DNA of 62,923 nucleotides, filler included, from Squatina squatina (Eukaryota), in assembly GCA_031763465.1 (NCBI GenBank). It is 14 parts of one record of this genome, joined end to end, with 100 filler letters (N's around TTAATTAATTAA, not from the genome) between each part and the next. Parts side by side here need not be neighbours in the genome. Positions count along the whole stretch, not along the records: positions 52,466 to 61,730 come from JARFOE010000004.1; positions 61,831 to 62,923 come from JARFOE010000004.1; 12 more parts are not named here. One strand, given 5' to 3'. The notes below the pieces were generated by a model, which worked only from the letters and a program-made list of their open reading frames with translations, was not told the DNA's origin and did no database searches. The position numbers and the translations under genes were made by a program. Below, in pieces: positions 61,091 to 62,923 of the stretch (position 1 is the stretch's first letter; each line of letters opens with the position of its first letter).

Positions 61091-61243
61091 GATTCAGAAG
61101 GAGTGGATATTATGTTGGGTGTATGTGCAAATGGACTGCTCATCTACAAGGATCGTCTCCGAATTAACCGCTTTGCTTGGCCAAAAATTCTTAAAATTTC
61201 TTACAAACGAAGTAATTTCTATATTAAAATCCGACCTGGAGAG
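61091..61243 (+). CDS. EPB41L2: EPB41L2 FERM-C exon ([51 protein letters not shown])
   Basis: AG/GT bounded, 153 nt, in phase with the previous exon. Confidence 0.97.
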
Positions 61244-61535
61244 GTAAAAAGTTATCCAAGCATCATTTTGAGATATAGATGGATTCATCATTAATTTATT
61301 TAAGACTGACTGCTTCTCAAAAGGAGAATGGAGGCAATTAATAATTTGAACAAAGTTTTTGTGCATGTTCCATTCTATTGGGATGTAACCGTATACTCCT
61401 GAGGGGGGAAAAAAACCTCACAGAAACCAAATGAAATGTATTAAAGCGGTCAGCAAATCCTCGAGCGATAGACTTCACATTTTAATAGGCTTTTAGTCAC
61501 TGATTTCAATCACACTGGATCACTCTATGCAGTTT

Positions 61536-61725
61536 ATAGGGACATAGGAACAGGGTAGGTCATTCAGCCTCTCAAGCCAGCTCCGCCATCCATTTAGAGC
61601 ATGGCTGATCTATAACTTGATCTCCATTTACCAGCCTGAGCTCCATGTCCCTTGATGCCCTTACCTAACAAAAATCCATTGATCTCAGTCTTGAAAGTTC
61701 CAATTGTCCCAGCATCCACAGCCTA
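61536..61725 (-). mobile_element. CR1 3' tail
   Basis: CATAGGAACAGGGTAGGTCATTCAGCCTCTCAAGCCAGCTCCGCCATCC. Confidence 0.8.
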
Positions 61726-61830
61726 GAACANNNNNNNNNNNNNNNNNNNNNNNNNNNNNNNNNNNNNNNNNNNNTTAATTAATTAANNNNNNNNNNNNNN
61801 NNNNNNNNNNNNNNNNNNNNNNNNNNNNNN

Positions 61831-62022
61831 GCTATTTTGGCCATTAGCTCTGAAACTTCATTCCTAAATGCCTATATCTCTCCACCTCTCTTCCTTTTAA
61901 TACCCTCATTAAACCCACTCCTCGTTTGTGTTGGTGTCAATTTTTGTCTGATATTATGCTTCTGTAAGATGCCTTGGGATGTTTTTCTACATTAAAGGTG
62001 CTATATAAATGCAAGTTATTCT
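61831..62022 (+). mobile_element. L2 3' tail
   Basis: GATGCCTTGGGATGTTTTTCTACATTAAAGGTGCTATATAAATGCAAGTT. Confidence 0.75.
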
Positions 62023-62923
62023 TAAAACTGTCCATCCAGTGTTAAATGAACAAGTGGACTCTGAAAAACAGAACCCCTACTTGTAATTTGCACTGTGCTG
62101 ATTTCCATTTAGGATTATCGCCAAGCCTTTTCCTTATTTAAGGGACCTGGGTGACTGCATTGATGTAGTATCTCTCAAATTAGGTCAAGGGCCAAAATTG
62201 TGTACAGATAGACCACCTCAAATACATTTTTACCATTTTTGCAATATCCACGTTTACAGAGCAAAGGTAATGCAGCAGGACAATTAGAGATGCACACTGG
62301 ACCTTTTTAAAGTTGATTCAGATTCACAGAACCTGTTCTTACTACATTGAGGCAGTTATTCACAAGTTCTTTTTCCTACCAATCACATCAGTTGTATGTT
62401 TCTCCATGACAAAGTTAACTACAAAAACATTGCCCCATTTCTTTTCTGTTTAAGAATTTGTTGATTCAAAATATTCCACAGATTTCACAGCAGATTGAGG
62501 ATTACATTTTATTCTAGTTTTTCTCTGCTACAAATTAGAATTTCATGAATTTCTTGCCAAGAAAGTTTTAGGAAGGGAGGAAGTGCAAATAAACCAAGAC
62601 TCTGGAGGCTAACTAACATTAATGGGTTGAAATTACACTANNNNNNNNNNTCATCCTCATATTGAAATAAATCCAAGAATTAGGACAAATCTAACAAAGA
62701 CTTAGCATTTGGGATTCAGATATTTTTCCAACTCTGCAGCTGTTGCTTTGCCTTTTGTGTCATTAAGATGAACATACTCTCAAATCTAATTATTCTGAGT
62801 AACACATCGACCTCTGGCAAGATGACAACTTCTTATCTCTCATAACTAATCCAGTGAGAATACAGAAGCAAAAGGTTTATTATATCCAGTGCAAATTAAA
62901 AACACAATACCCTAAGTTGCTAT

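Overview
This is eukaryotic DNA, most likely from a cartilaginous fish (inferred from SacSINE1/Deu-type SINEs and shark-type CR1/L2 tails). The window is a fragmentary pseudo-scaffold, with many N gaps and 13 artificial N44-TTAATTAATTAA-N44 linkers, so genes appear as subsets of exons and distances are compressed. In order it contains: a decayed CR1 LINE, one RalGDS/RGL-family exon (-), one EVA1C-like SUEL-lectin exon, a probable APOBEC2 first exon, three TNFRSF21 (DR6) exons, three single-exon trace amine-associated receptors (TAARs), one STX7 exon, 18 MED23 exons and three EPB41L2 exons, plus many LINE, SINE and MITE fragments. The best lead is the TAAR cluster. It has one intact TAAR1-like gene, one TAAR1-like gene with an in-frame TGA, and a divergent TAAR with Asp5.42 and Phe in place of Tyr7.43, which suggests non-classical or diamine recognition. 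Upstream of that third gene is a homeodomain- and TGATGCAA-containing block that could be a TAAR enhancer. Also notable are APOBEC2 starting 370 bp after an internal lectin exon with no gap, and a U12-type (AT-)AC acceptor in MED23. All identifications come from my own translation and recall of homologues; no searches were run.
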